From the sequence record DRR378314_919: 43,058 bases of DNA, one strand, 5' to 3'. Shown one piece after another: positions 18,537 to 27,476 of this stretch (position 1 is the first letter of the stretch; every line of letters begins with the position of its first letter). The translations under genes and the position numbers were made by a program. Below the pieces are notes generated by a model. The model ran no database searches, was not told the origin of the DNA, and saw only the letters and a list, made by a program, of their open reading frames with translations.

Positions 18537-19484
18537 TTAATTACGCTGCTGGTCTGGAAAAGGAATGAATTCTTCATCGTCCCCCGGCGGCAATTTAAAT
18601 CGCCCATGCTCGAAGTCACCTTCCATCCACGCCTGCTTAGCAGCCGCTAGCTTTTCTCGGGAAGACGCCACGAAGTTCCAGGAGATATAGCGTGGTCCAT
18701 TGAGCGTTTCGCCGCCGAGCAGCATTAGCCGAGCTCCGCTTTCGCCCGCGGTTACGGTGATGGGATCACCCGGACGGAACACCATCATTTGTCCCGCATC
18801 GAATGTATCCCCAGCAATACTAACGCTACCCGACGTTACATAGAGCCCACGGTCTTCGTGGCCATCGGGCAAAGGAAGCTTAGCGCCTGGCTGGAGAACT
18901 GCATCCGCATAGAACATCTCCGAAAAGGTCTGTACAGGCGCCTGTTCACCCCATGCCGTACCAAGAATCAAACGAACCTCTTTACCCTCACCTTTAAGCA
19001 GCGGCAATGTCTCCTGCCCATGATGCGCAAAGCTGGCGGGTTTATCTTCGTGTGCTTCAGGCAGTGCCACCCACGTCTGAATACCAAACAGGGAGTGCTT
19101 ATTCTGACGTGTAGCGGGGCTAGTACGCTCGGAATGGGTCACGCCATTACCAGCAACCATCCAATTAACCGCCCCAGGATGAATCATCTGATTAGTCCCC
19201 AGACTGTCACGATGCTGGAACTCTCCCTGGTACAAGTAAGTGACCGTAGCAAGTCCAATATGGGGGTGAGGACGAACATCGATACCATCCTCTCTAAGAA
19301 ATTCAGCGGGGCCCATCTGATCGAAAAAAATAAATGGACCCACCATCTGGCGCTTGGGCGCGGGAAGCGCACGTCGTACTTCAAAGCCACCTAGGTCGTG
19401 TGCACGAGGAACGATCAGTGTTTCAATATCGTGTAGGTTGCCTGCGGAAGGACATTTGGGCTCAATATCGGGCATCCAGCTCAT
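18537..19484 (-). CDS. Pirin family protein (second subtype)
   Basis: GPFIFFDQMG, HPHIGLATVT, WMVAGNGVTHSE, WNFVASS. Confidence 0.95.
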   Translation of the reverse strand: MSWMPDIEPKCPSAGNLHDIETLIVPRAHDLGGFEVRRALPAPKRQMVGPFIFFDQMGPAEFLREDGIDVRPHPHIGLATVTYLYQGEFQHRDSLGTNQMIHPGAVNWMVAGNGVTHSERTSPATRQNKHSLFGIQTWVALPEAHEDKPASFAHHGQETLPLLKGEGKEVRLILGTAWGEQAPVQTFSEMFYADAVLQPGAKLPLPDGHEDRGLYVTSGSVSIAGDTFDAGQMMVFRPGDPITVTAGESGARLMLLGGETLNGPRYISWNFVASSREKLAAAKQAWMEGDFEHGRFKLPPGDDEEFIPFPDQQRN

Positions 19485-19529
19485 AGGAGTTTCTCCAGAA
19501 GTGAGAGGCAGGAAAGTGTCGAATACTCG

Positions 19530-19607
19530 TTAAGCGAGCACATAGCGTCCCTTGGTATCGCTGGTTTCATGTTCAATGGTAAAGGGGCTTGCAGGTGTAT
19601 CAGACAT
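19530..19607 (-). pseudogene. 25-codon remnant resembling the N-terminus of a YjdJ-type GNAT acetyltransferase
   Basis: Strong RBS GAAGGAG; MSDTPASPFTIEHETSDTKGRYVLA*. Confidence 0.55.
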
Positions 19608-19671
19608 CGCCTTCTCCTTCTTATATTGCACGTTACCCAGCCAAGGGCCTATTGCTATAACTTAATAGATA

Positions 19672-20253
19672 TCAGCGAAACATCCATGACGCGACTAGAC
19701 GCACCACACGGGGCATCACCACATAGACCACCAGCCCGACCACGCTGGCAGCAACAACACCGTGTCGAATACCCCATGTATTCAACCAGGGAAATAACGC
19801 GAAAAGCGGCCCCCAAAGAAACGGAACCAACATGGTGAGAGGCCAGATAACCGAGGTTGTAACAAGCCACTGCTTCCAGCGCACAGGCTGTTTGTTAACA
19901 GGTGCATTAGGTGGCGAGAACCAGTAATCGATACCGCTTTGAATCTGGATGACTTCCTCTTCCCGAAAGGCCGGTAACGCATCATTTATCAACGCCTTTC
20001 GTTCGGCAGACTCAAGCCATCTTCCGGCTTCAGCATGGGAGGCAAACCTAAGCGCTATTTCATAATCATGGTGCCCCTCAGCAGGACGAAGAATATGCAC
20101 GCCAAGATGACCAGGATACTGACCCGCCACATGGATGATTTTTTTTAACCATGCTTCATACTCAGCCCGCGCATCGGGTTTCACGCGATGACATATCTTC
20201 AGTGTTATCGCACCGGACTCTTCGGGTGACTCTGCACTATGTTCAGGGGGCAT
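19672..20253 (-). CDS. Antibiotic biosynthesis monooxygenase (ABM)-domain protein with two C-terminal TM helices
   Basis: HRVKP...YEAW...YPGHLG; RF..WLESAER; SGIDYWF; PVRWKQWLVT. Confidence 0.8.
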   Translation of the reverse strand: MPPEHSAESPEESGAITLKICHRVKPDARAEYEAWLKKIIHVAGQYPGHLGVHILRPAEGHHDYEIALRFASHAEAGRWLESAERKALINDALPAFREEEVIQIQSGIDYWFSPPNAPVNKQPVRWKQWLVTTSVIWPLTMLVPFLWGPLFALFPWLNTWGIRHGVVAASVVGLVVYVVMPRVVRLVASWMFR

Positions 20254-20343
20254 GGTGGTATTCCATAATTAATGAACAACCGATTAATGCCATCCTTGCA
20301 AGTAATGACCAGGGGCTTACCTGCCCCCAGTCATGAGCATGGT

Positions 20344-20979
20344 TTACTTCTTATCAGAGGATTGTGTCAAAGTGCTGTAGCTATTCATTAAGTTGCGATA
20401 GTCGGGGATATGATTAGAAAAGAGCGCCCCTAGGCCTTCAATATCATTTCTCCAATCACGATGAAGTTCGCAGGCAGCACCAAACCAGGTCATTAACTGG
20501 GCACCGGCGCTACTCATACGGTCCCAAGCAGCATTACGGGTAAGTTCGTTAAAGGTCCCCGATGCATCGGTGATCACGAACACATCAAACTCTTCTTCAA
20601 GTGCGGAAAGCGCCGGGAAAGCCACACACACTTCTGTCACCACGCCCGCAATAATCAGCTGTTTCTTACCCGTCGCCTTAACCGCTTTTACGAAGTCCTC
20701 GTTATCCCAGGCATTAATTTGTCCAGGGCGTGCGATGTAAGGCGCCTCTGGAAACATCTCTTTTAATTCAGGTACCAGCGGCCCATTAGGCCCATCTTCG
20801 AAGCTTGTGGTAAGAATTGTTGGCAGACCAAAGTATTTCGCCAAGTCAGCAAGCGCCAGTACGTTATTTTTGAACCGATCAGGGTCAATATCACGAACTA
20901 AGGACAACAGCCCAGTTTGGTGATCTACTAAAAGAACGGCAGCGTTATCTTTATCGAGACGAACATAGGGGTTAGCCAT
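20344..20979 (-). CDS. ycaC: Isochorismatase-family cysteine hydrolase YcaC
   Basis: LLVDHQTGL, GPNGPL, RPGQINAWDNEDFV, GVVTEVCVAFP, CELHRDWR. Confidence 0.95.
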   Translation of the reverse strand: MANPYVRLDKDNAAVLLVDHQTGLLSLVRDIDPDRFKNNVLALADLAKYFGLPTILTTSFEDGPNGPLVPELKEMFPEAPYIARPGQINAWDNEDFVKAVKATGKKQLIIAGVVTEVCVAFPALSALEEEFDVFVITDASGTFNELTRNAAWDRMSSAGAQLMTWFGAACELHRDWRNDIEGLGALFSNHIPDYRNLMNSYSTLTQSSDKK

Positions 20980-21083
20980 GACATACTCCTTTATCTATTA
21001 GCCTGAGTGGGCTTTTGGAAAACACAGATCCAACAGCTCTTGCGCATGCCATACAGAGTTTAGTAGTTCGCTGACTCGATGAT

Positions 21084-21123
21084 TAGATAGAAAATTAAGA
21101 CACAGCGTTGCACAGGGAGAACA
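21084..21123 (-). promoter_or_regulatory. Candidate LysR operator/promoter for ycaC
   Basis: Minus strand TGTTC-N6-TGCAAC-GCTGTGTCT-N7-CTATCTA, abutting the LysR start codon. Confidence 0.65.
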
Positions 21124-21124
21124 C

Positions 21125-22036
21125 ATGACGCCCCCTAATCTGAATGATCTTTATTATTTTGTGAAGGTAGTCGACCATGGAGGGTTTTCTCCAGCGGGCC
21201 GTGCGCTGGGCATTGCCAAATCAAAATTAAGCAGACGAGTGGGAGAGTTAGAAAGTCAGCTTAACGTGCGCTTGTTGCACCGTTCGACCCGCCACCTAAC
21301 ACTCACTGATATTGGCCAACGCTACTACCAGCACTGCAAAGCCATGCTAGTGGAAGCTGAAGCGGCCCAGCAGTTCATCGAAGAAACCCAACAAGTGCCC
21401 TGCGGTACCATCCGCATCAGTTGTCCCACTGGGCTATTGAGCTTTCACGTCAGTGCAATACTGGCGGATTTCATGGTGCTCTACCCAGATGTCCTGATAC
21501 ATCTGGAAGGAACTAACCGCCGTATTGACCCGTTTGTTGAGGGATTTGATATTTCGCTCCGCGCCCGCCCCTTTCCTTTAGAAGATAGCGAGCTTGTTCT
21601 GAAGGTACTATCAGATCGCGGGCAATGCTTGGTAGCAAGCCCAACACTGATTGAACAACACGGCATGCCATCAACGCCCAACGATCTTCGCAAACTGCCT
21701 AGCCTAAGCAGAGCAAGGCCAGAGGAAGCTCACGCTTGGCACCTTCAACGCGACGGTGAAGAGTGCCAAATTGAACATTCGCCACGGTTTATTACCACTG
21801 ATATGACCGCACTTTATAGAGCAGCACTGGCTGGCGTTGGTGTGGTGCAACTGCCAAGTTTAATGCTAGGCGATTCGTTGGCCTCAAATAAGCTAGTGCA
21901 AGTAGTGCCTGAATGGGAACCTCGACGGGAAGTTATTCATGCGGTTTATCCTTCCCGTCGTGGCTTGCTGCCCTCTGTCAGAGCACTGCTAGACTTTCTT
22001 GCCGAACGATACGCAACCATTGGAATGGAACGCTAA
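21125..22036 (+). CDS. LysR family regulator (CrgA/DmlR-like)
   Basis: LNDLYYFVKVVDHGGFS, SKLSRRV..LE, RSTR, YPSRRGLLPSVR. Confidence 0.93.
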   Translation: MTPPNLNDLYYFVKVVDHGGFSPAGRALGIAKSKLSRRVGELESQLNVRLLHRSTRHLTLTDIGQRYYQHCKAMLVEAEAAQQFIEETQQVPCGTIRISCPTGLLSFHVSAILADFMVLYPDVLIHLEGTNRRIDPFVEGFDISLRARPFPLEDSELVLKVLSDRGQCLVASPTLIEQHGMPSTPNDLRKLPSLSRARPEEAHAWHLQRDGEECQIEHSPRFITTDMTALYRAALAGVGVVQLPSLMLGDSLASNKLVQVVPEWEPRREVIHAVYPSRRGLLPSVRALLDFLAERYATIGMER

Positions 22037-22044
22037 TACACGCA

Positions 22045-22590
22045 TCAACGCTCCATTTCACCCAGCGCCTTGAGTTCTTCGTCATATAGCGCGACTAGTA
22101 GCAGCTCGCCGTGCTCGTTGACTCGAAACTGACCATAACGGGCGGGCTCAAAACGCTCAGCGTGGCCTTCCTGAAAGAAAAATGCATCCGTAGCAAAGCG
22201 CACGTTCCCATTGCGCAACCGGTAGCGTAAGCGTCTTTCGTCATCGCCTAGCGGCGTGCCATCATCCAAACGCTGGAAGTGGGCGATTGATGCTTCATCC
22301 AAACGAACCACCACGCTGTCATTGGCTGCCGTTTGCATGGCATTTCCATCCGCCTCTTCGTGGCGATCAATTGCACGCTGCATACGAATACGGTTAGCCA
22401 AGGCAAAACTTAGCACCATGTAGTCACCCTGCATTAACGAGCGCGGATCAACCGGGGCAAGCTCCAAATAGACAATTTCACCTTCGGCTAAGTGATACTC
22501 TTTGTGCCAAATGGCCCAGTTAACCACCGCTAGCACAACAACAGTGGTCGCAATGACTATCCAGCGGTTTCGCTTCACGTTACGGCTCAT
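22045..22590 (-). CDS. GDYXXLXY-domain membrane-anchored protein
   Basis: N-terminal TM; LAPVDPRSLMQGDYMVLSF; AFFFQEG. Confidence 0.88.
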   Translation of the reverse strand: MSRNVKRNRWIVIATTVVVLAVVNWAIWHKEYHLAEGEIVYLELAPVDPRSLMQGDYMVLSFALANRIRMQRAIDRHEEADGNAMQTAANDSVVVRLDEASIAHFQRLDDGTPLGDDERRLRYRLRNGNVRFATDAFFFQEGHAERFEPARYGQFRVNEHGELLLVALYDEELKALGEMER

Positions 22591-23674
22591 TAGCATCTCC
22601 TAGCGGCGTGGGCTTATGCACTGTTAACCATCGGTTTAGCCACCAACGCTTCAGTACCCAGCGAATGGATAACAGCAACGCCCCCATTGCCAGCAACATG
22701 AGTGATTTCATCAACAGCGTCACCTCCAGCCAGTAGTAATAATTACTAGCCGCCATCAGTAGTAACAAAATACCGCTTCCCATCAGCACCCGGTGACCAA
22801 GCGTAAATCCGAGCAATAGTACGGTAACCCCAGCGCCAAGCCCCGGCATATAAACTGATACCACCGCCACTAGCGCGACTGCGCCATAAATTACTAAGCG
22901 TTGCGCAATGGCAGGCTGAGAGTGCTGACGAAAGGCCTGATGAATAACGCACACTAAGGCCAGCGCGACCAAAGCAGTGCTCAGCCAACTGGCAAGCCAT
23001 GGGTCAAACCACTGAGCGTCTGAATCGTAAAGCCAGGCAAGCTGGTTAGAGTACGCCTGCCCTTGAAGCACCAACACTCCCATTAACAGGCCAGCCCCCC
23101 ATGCCTGAACCGCCCCTATGCGCCCAGGCCAACGACATTCATTCAACCAGAGCAGTGTCAGCACCAGCAGCACCATGCCAATCGCTATCGGTGCCAGTCC
23201 ATTGGCTGCTAGCGCCATCGTTAACGCTAAACTTGCTAAAAACGCCGACATACTGCGGTGAACCTGGCTCGGCATGATCAGCGCCAGCGAGCACTGTAGC
23301 GCCAGCAGTACCCACCATAGGCTTGCGGAAACACCCCACATCTCGACCGCTGGCCAGGCTACTAATAATTGCCCAGCTAAGCTAAACGCCAGCGCCATGT
23401 GCTCCAACACATCGCTTCGTGCGGCGCGTAGTAGCGCAAATGCCCCGCCAATCAACAGGCTGCCTACGACAAGAGAAGCCACTGAGCTTTCCAGTACAAA
23501 TACCACTGCCGTGGCAATAAAGCCCAACAGAAACAGCGCTGCTAACCAGCCGGAAAACGCCTGCAGAACCCGCACAAACCAGGGTGATTCCAGCGGCGTT
23601 GTTGATGAAGGCTCATTTAGCGCAATGCCAGCCTGAGTTAATCGCTGCTTTAACGTACTCATAGACTGACTCAT
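22580..23674 (-). CDS. DUF4401-like polytopic membrane protein
   Basis: SPWFVRVLQAFSGWLA; LALAFSLAGQ-like segment; YYYWLEVTLLMKS; ATGA overlap with the upstream gene. Confidence 0.8.
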   Translation of the reverse strand: MSQSMSTLKQRLTQAGIALNEPSSTTPLESPWFVRVLQAFSGWLAALFLLGFIATAVVFVLESSVASLVVGSLLIGGAFALLRAARSDVLEHMALAFSLAGQLLVAWPAVEMWGVSASLWWVLLALQCSLALIMPSQVHRSMSAFLASLALTMALAANGLAPIAIGMVLLVLTLLWLNECRWPGRIGAVQAWGAGLLMGVLVLQGQAYSNQLAWLYDSDAQWFDPWLASWLSTALVALALVCVIHQAFRQHSQPAIAQRLVIYGAVALVAVVSVYMPGLGAGVTVLLLGFTLGHRVLMGSGILLLLMAASNYYYWLEVTLLMKSLMLLAMGALLLSIRWVLKRWWLNRWLTVHKPTPLGDANEP

Positions 23675-24645
23675 GACGCCTCCTCCGCGTTTAATCGCTT
23701 CAGCCACATCACCGCTGCCGCCCCCATGGCAAAGACCGCACCTGCCAGCAACAGCAAGCCGCCTTCATTCCATTGGCCTTCCCATAGTACGTAGCGTGCG
23801 AGCAGCAATGTGACCACCGTAATCAGCGAGACGCAGCCCCCTGCCAACATAAATAGCTCAAGCCGCCACTGACGATAAACGCCATACAGCACTGCCAACC
23901 ACACGGGGTAAACCGCCACAATCGGTGTCAACGCATGCGTTTCCCCACTCACCCACGCCATCATCAACAGTGTTAGCGGCACGCCGCTACCCAGCGCCAA
24001 CAAACAAATTGCCCAACGCCCCGGCCAATTTCGGCGCTGCACGCCCCACTCCCACACGACTTGAGCCGCTAAGTTGATCAGCACCAGCCCCCATAAACCG
24101 GCGTTATCAGTAAACAACACGCTGCCTAAAATACCGCCCCAGGTGCTGCTATACAGCCACACGGATAGGTTCAAAAGCCCTAGCCACGCTACCCAAAGTG
24201 CATCAAAGCGTGCTACCCATACCAACGGCAAAGTGAGCAGAGACCAGAGGAAAAACAGCTGCCATGGGTCTGCGCCAGTTTGGTAAACCTGACCCACCAG
24301 CGCCAGCAGTACTCCTATCAATAGAAACGCCGCGGCTAACGCCACGCGAAAAAGCATCACGCTCGCGCTACCCCACACCGCTATGCCTGCCGCCAACACC
24401 AACGCGGCCTGCACTAACGCAAAGCGCGGCAGGCGGCCCATGTCCGACCAATTGAAAGCCACGAAAAACAGCACCGCGCAGGCCAGTGCCAAGCCACCCA
24501 GCCACAGCAGCAGCCGGTCAATCAACAGCGCCCAGGCGTGGGGCGACGGATGTAGTCCCGCCACTTTAACCGCTAACGGCACTTGTTCAGGAGGTATCAC
24601 TCCCTGCTCAATTAACGACATGAGTTTACGGCGTGTAGTGGCCAT
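23671..24645 (-). CDS. DUF2157-like polytopic membrane protein
   Basis: FFVAFNWSDM, LALVGQVYQTGADPWQLF..W. Confidence 0.85.
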   Translation of the reverse strand: MATTRRKLMSLIEQGVIPPEQVPLAVKVAGLHPSPHAWALLIDRLLLWLGGLALACAVLFFVAFNWSDMGRLPRFALVQAALVLAAGIAVWGSASVMLFRVALAAAFLLIGVLLALVGQVYQTGADPWQLFFLWSLLTLPLVWVARFDALWVAWLGLLNLSVWLYSSTWGGILGSVLFTDNAGLWGLVLINLAAQVVWEWGVQRRNWPGRWAICLLALGSGVPLTLLMMAWVSGETHALTPIVAVYPVWLAVLYGVYRQWRLELFMLAGGCVSLITVVTLLLARYVLWEGQWNEGGLLLLAGAVFAMGAAAVMWLKRLNAEEAS

Positions 24646-24721
24646 GAGCGCTCTCCTTGCTGAAACACACTTGTTGAAATAAGGGGAAGCGTTATTACAA
24701 ACATCGCCCTATCGTTAGAGT

Positions 24722-24784
24722 CCCCGTGACACATTTGTGAACTTTGCGCGATACACTCTTTATCACCCCGTGACCCACCTGTGA
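24722..24784 (+). promoter_or_regulatory. Phased direct repeats, candidate OmpR-family binding boxes
   Basis: CCCCGTGACACATTTGTGA and CCCCGTGACCCACCTGTGA, 44 bp apart; GTGA at 24726, 24737, 24770 and 24781. Confidence 0.6.
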
Positions 24785-24852
24785 TGCTGAGCATCTAGGA
24801 TAGGATTTGAACCTGCTAGTTCGGCAGGCTTAAATCTTGGGGAGAGACCTCT

Positions 24853-25125
24853 ATGAACAAGCTTACTACAGTCACTGCTATCTGCTTATTTAGCCTAATG
24901 GCAACGGCTAGCCACGCCGATGACATGATGTCCGAAGAGGGCATGATGGAAGACGACATGTCTCAGTCTATGGAGAGTGAGTCAATGGAAAAAAGTGGCA
25001 TGGCGATGGATGATATGTCCGACGCGATGGACGATTCCATGGACGGGGATATGCATGCTGACAGTATGTCTGACGATGGCATGGAAATGGAGAAAGACAT
25101 GGAAATGCAAGACGAGGACATGTAA
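24853..25125 (+). CDS. Secreted methionine-rich acidic peptide (MrpX/MXKDX-repeat-like)
   Basis: RBS GGAG; signal peptide ending ASHA; the mature 68 aa contain 19 Met and about 27 Asp/Glu. Confidence 0.85.
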   Translation: MNKLTTVTAICLFSLMATASHADDMMSEEGMMEDDMSQSMESESMEKSGMAMDDMSDAMDDSMDGDMHADSMSDDGMEMEKDMEMQDEDM

Positions 25126-25186
25126 GACGAGGACATACAAGCTTCTGCCACACTATTAATCTGAGCACTCAAAAGCTGGGATACCT

Positions 25187-25888
25187 ATGACACGAAACGT
25201 ACTGATTATTGAGGACAACCCGGGTATCGGTGAGCTCGTCCGCATGCATGTGGCCGAGCTTGGCATGAACCCCGTTCTTTGTGAACGGGGTGATACCGGG
25301 CTTGAACGTTTTCGTGAAGGGGGCATCGACCTTGTGGTTCTCGACCTGATGCTGCCCGGCTTGGATGGGCTGTCGATTTGCCGCGAAATCCGCTCCGGCC
25401 CAGGTTACGTTCCGGTACTGATGCTAACCGCTAAAAGCACTGAGCTGGACCGGGTTCTAGGCCTGGAAATGGGGGCGGATGACTACCTCACCAAGCCTTT
25501 CAGTGTGGCTGAACTATCGGCAAGGGTGAAAGCCTTGTTCCGACGCGTAGATGCCATGGCATCTGCCACCGTCACGCAACCCAGCCAGCAAGAATTAATC
25601 ACCGACGGGCTGCGCATTGATCCGCTGCGTCGGCGGGTGTTTATAAAAGATCAGCCTGTCGAACTCACTGCCCGGGAGTTTGACCTGCTATGGCACTTTG
25701 CCAGCCACCCAGGTCGGGTATTCAGCCGTATCCAACTGCTCGACACTGTGTGGGGCTACAGCCACGAAGGTTACGAGCATACCGTCAATACCCATATCAA
25801 CCGCTTACGGGGCAAGATCGAAGCAGACCCCGCTGACCCGGTGTTTATCCAAACCGTTTGGGGGGTGGGCTATCGCTTCCGCGAATAA
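25187..25888 (+). CDS. OmpR-family response regulator
   Basis: LVVLDLMLP, GADDYLTKPF, IQTVWGVGY. Confidence 0.95.
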   Translation: MTRNVLIIEDNPGIGELVRMHVAELGMNPVLCERGDTGLERFREGGIDLVVLDLMLPGLDGLSICREIRSGPGYVPVLMLTAKSTELDRVLGLEMGADDYLTKPFSVAELSARVKALFRRVDAMASATVTQPSQQELITDGLRIDPLRRRVFIKDQPVELTAREFDLLWHFASHPGRVFSRIQLLDTVWGYSHEGYEHTVNTHINRLRGKIEADPADPVFIQTVWGVGYRFRE

Positions 25889-25891
25889 GTT

Positions 25892-27391
25892 ATGCTGAAA
25901 ACACTCTATACCCGGCTAGCCTTAGGCTTGTTTCTGTTATTGCTCGTCGTCGGCCTGCTATATACCTTCATCAGCCTCTATTCGCTGCGTGAATACAACG
26001 CTTCGGTCAATCAGGCGTTACACCAGAATCTGGCCAAAAATCTAGTGTCAGACAGAAACCTGGTCAGCAACGGGCAACTTGATAGTAGCGCCCTGGAAGA
26101 ACTGTTCGCACTCTACATGGCCATTAATCCCAGCATCGAGATCTATCTGCTAGGGCTGGATGGCACCATTCTGTCTTATTCAGCAGATCCAGCGAAGATT
26201 AAACGCAAGCAAGTCTCGATGGCCCCCATACGCAGACTGATGGCTGACACGAGCCTTTATCCGATACTCGGCGATGACCCCAGAAGTCACGATCGGCAGA
26301 AAGTCTTTTCCGTTACCCCAGTGCCAACAGCAGACAACCCCGAAGGATACCTTTATGTCGTGTTACGGGGTGAAGAGTACGACGCGGCGGAAACCATGGC
26401 CCGTGGTGGCAAACTACTGGAAATGAGCGCCTGGGCGCTGCTGGTCAGCCTAACCGTGGCGATGCTCGCGGGGCTGACTATTTTCCGCCTACTGACTCGC
26501 CGTCTGAGATCATTAACACGACGAGTAGAAGCGTTCGAGAACAGCGACATGAGCCAGCCCCAACTCGACAACAGATGGCACGACAAACAGTCCGTGGTGC
26601 GTGACGAGATCGACTATCTGGACGTTACCTTCGACGACATGGCTCGCCGAATTGCCACCCAGATCGAACAACTGACAGAAAAAGATGCCCAGCGCCGTCG
26701 CTTGATCGCCCAGGTATCCCACGACCTGCGTACCCCACTAGCCTCCATGCAAGGCTATATCGAAAGCCTGAAATTAAGACGTGACCGTCTCAGCCCCCAA
26801 GAACAAGATCGCTTTCTCGACATTGCCCTCAAAGAGGGCCGTCGGTTAAGCCGCTTGGTGGATGAGCTCTTCGAGCTTGCTGCACTTGAGGCAAGAGAGA
26901 AACAGCCGGTGTCAGAACCCTTCCCGCTAGCGGAGCTGGTCCATGACGTGGTGCAGAAGCACGACCAAACTGCACGCGACAACCACTTGGCGCTAACGTT
27001 AAGTGGCAACCCAGCACTGCCAACCGCATACGCCGACCTAGCGATGACCGAACGTGTGCTGGACAACTTAATCAGCAACGCCATTGCCTACAGCCCCGCT
27101 GGCGGCCACATCGACGTTGTGCTTAGTCAAACGAATGGAGAACCACAGGTTTGCATACAAGACAGCGGCCCAGGCATTGCAGAACAGGATCTGCCGCATA
27201 TCTTTGACCCGTTTTATCGTGGTGAAACCTCTAGTGGCGCCGGCCATGCCGGGCTAGGGCTGGCTATTGCGCGCAGAATCATGACGCTTCAGGGCGGTGA
27301 TATCGGCGTCGAAAACCTAGCCAGTGGCGGGGCATCGTTCTGTATACGGTTACCCACCGCCCCCTCATCCGCCAACGTTATAAATACGTAA
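25892..27391 (+). CDS. Sensor histidine kinase (2 TM, periplasmic domain, HAMP, HisKA, HATPase)
   Basis: SHDLRTPL, NLISNA, DSGPGI, GLGLAI. Confidence 0.95.
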   Translation: MLKTLYTRLALGLFLLLLVVGLLYTFISLYSLREYNASVNQALHQNLAKNLVSDRNLVSNGQLDSSALEELFALYMAINPSIEIYLLGLDGTILSYSADPAKIKRKQVSMAPIRRLMADTSLYPILGDDPRSHDRQKVFSVTPVPTADNPEGYLYVVLRGEEYDAAETMARGGKLLEMSAWALLVSLTVAMLAGLTIFRLLTRRLRSLTRRVEAFENSDMSQPQLDNRWHDKQSVVRDEIDYLDVTFDDMARRIATQIEQLTEKDAQRRRLIAQVSHDLRTPLASMQGYIESLKLRRDRLSPQEQDRFLDIALKEGRRLSRLVDELFELAALEAREKQPVSEPFPLAELVHDVVQKHDQTARDNHLALTLSGNPALPTAYADLAMTERVLDNLISNAIAYSPAGGHIDVVLSQTNGEPQVCIQDSGPGIAEQDLPHIFDPFYRGETSSGAGHAGLGLAIARRIMTLQGGDIGVENLASGGASFCIRLPTAPSSANVINT

Positions 27392-27476
27392 TAACCTAGA
27401 GAGTTGGTTGTGATAACTCTCATGCAAACTGGTCACAGTAGTCACACCCTTTCCCCATAGCGAGTGGAGACACCAC

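Noticed and set aside
18789-19394. 201-aa + strand ORF
   Set aside because: Antisense shadow of pirin 2.
24738-24754. CGATAC half-site resembling the XRE candidate operator, upstream of the DUF2157 operon
   Set aside because: Only one 6-bp half-site matches, which is expected by chance.
24963-25172. Ser/Ile-rich minus-strand ORF
   Set aside because: It is the reverse complement of the Met/Asp-rich gene, and its composition is an artefact of that.
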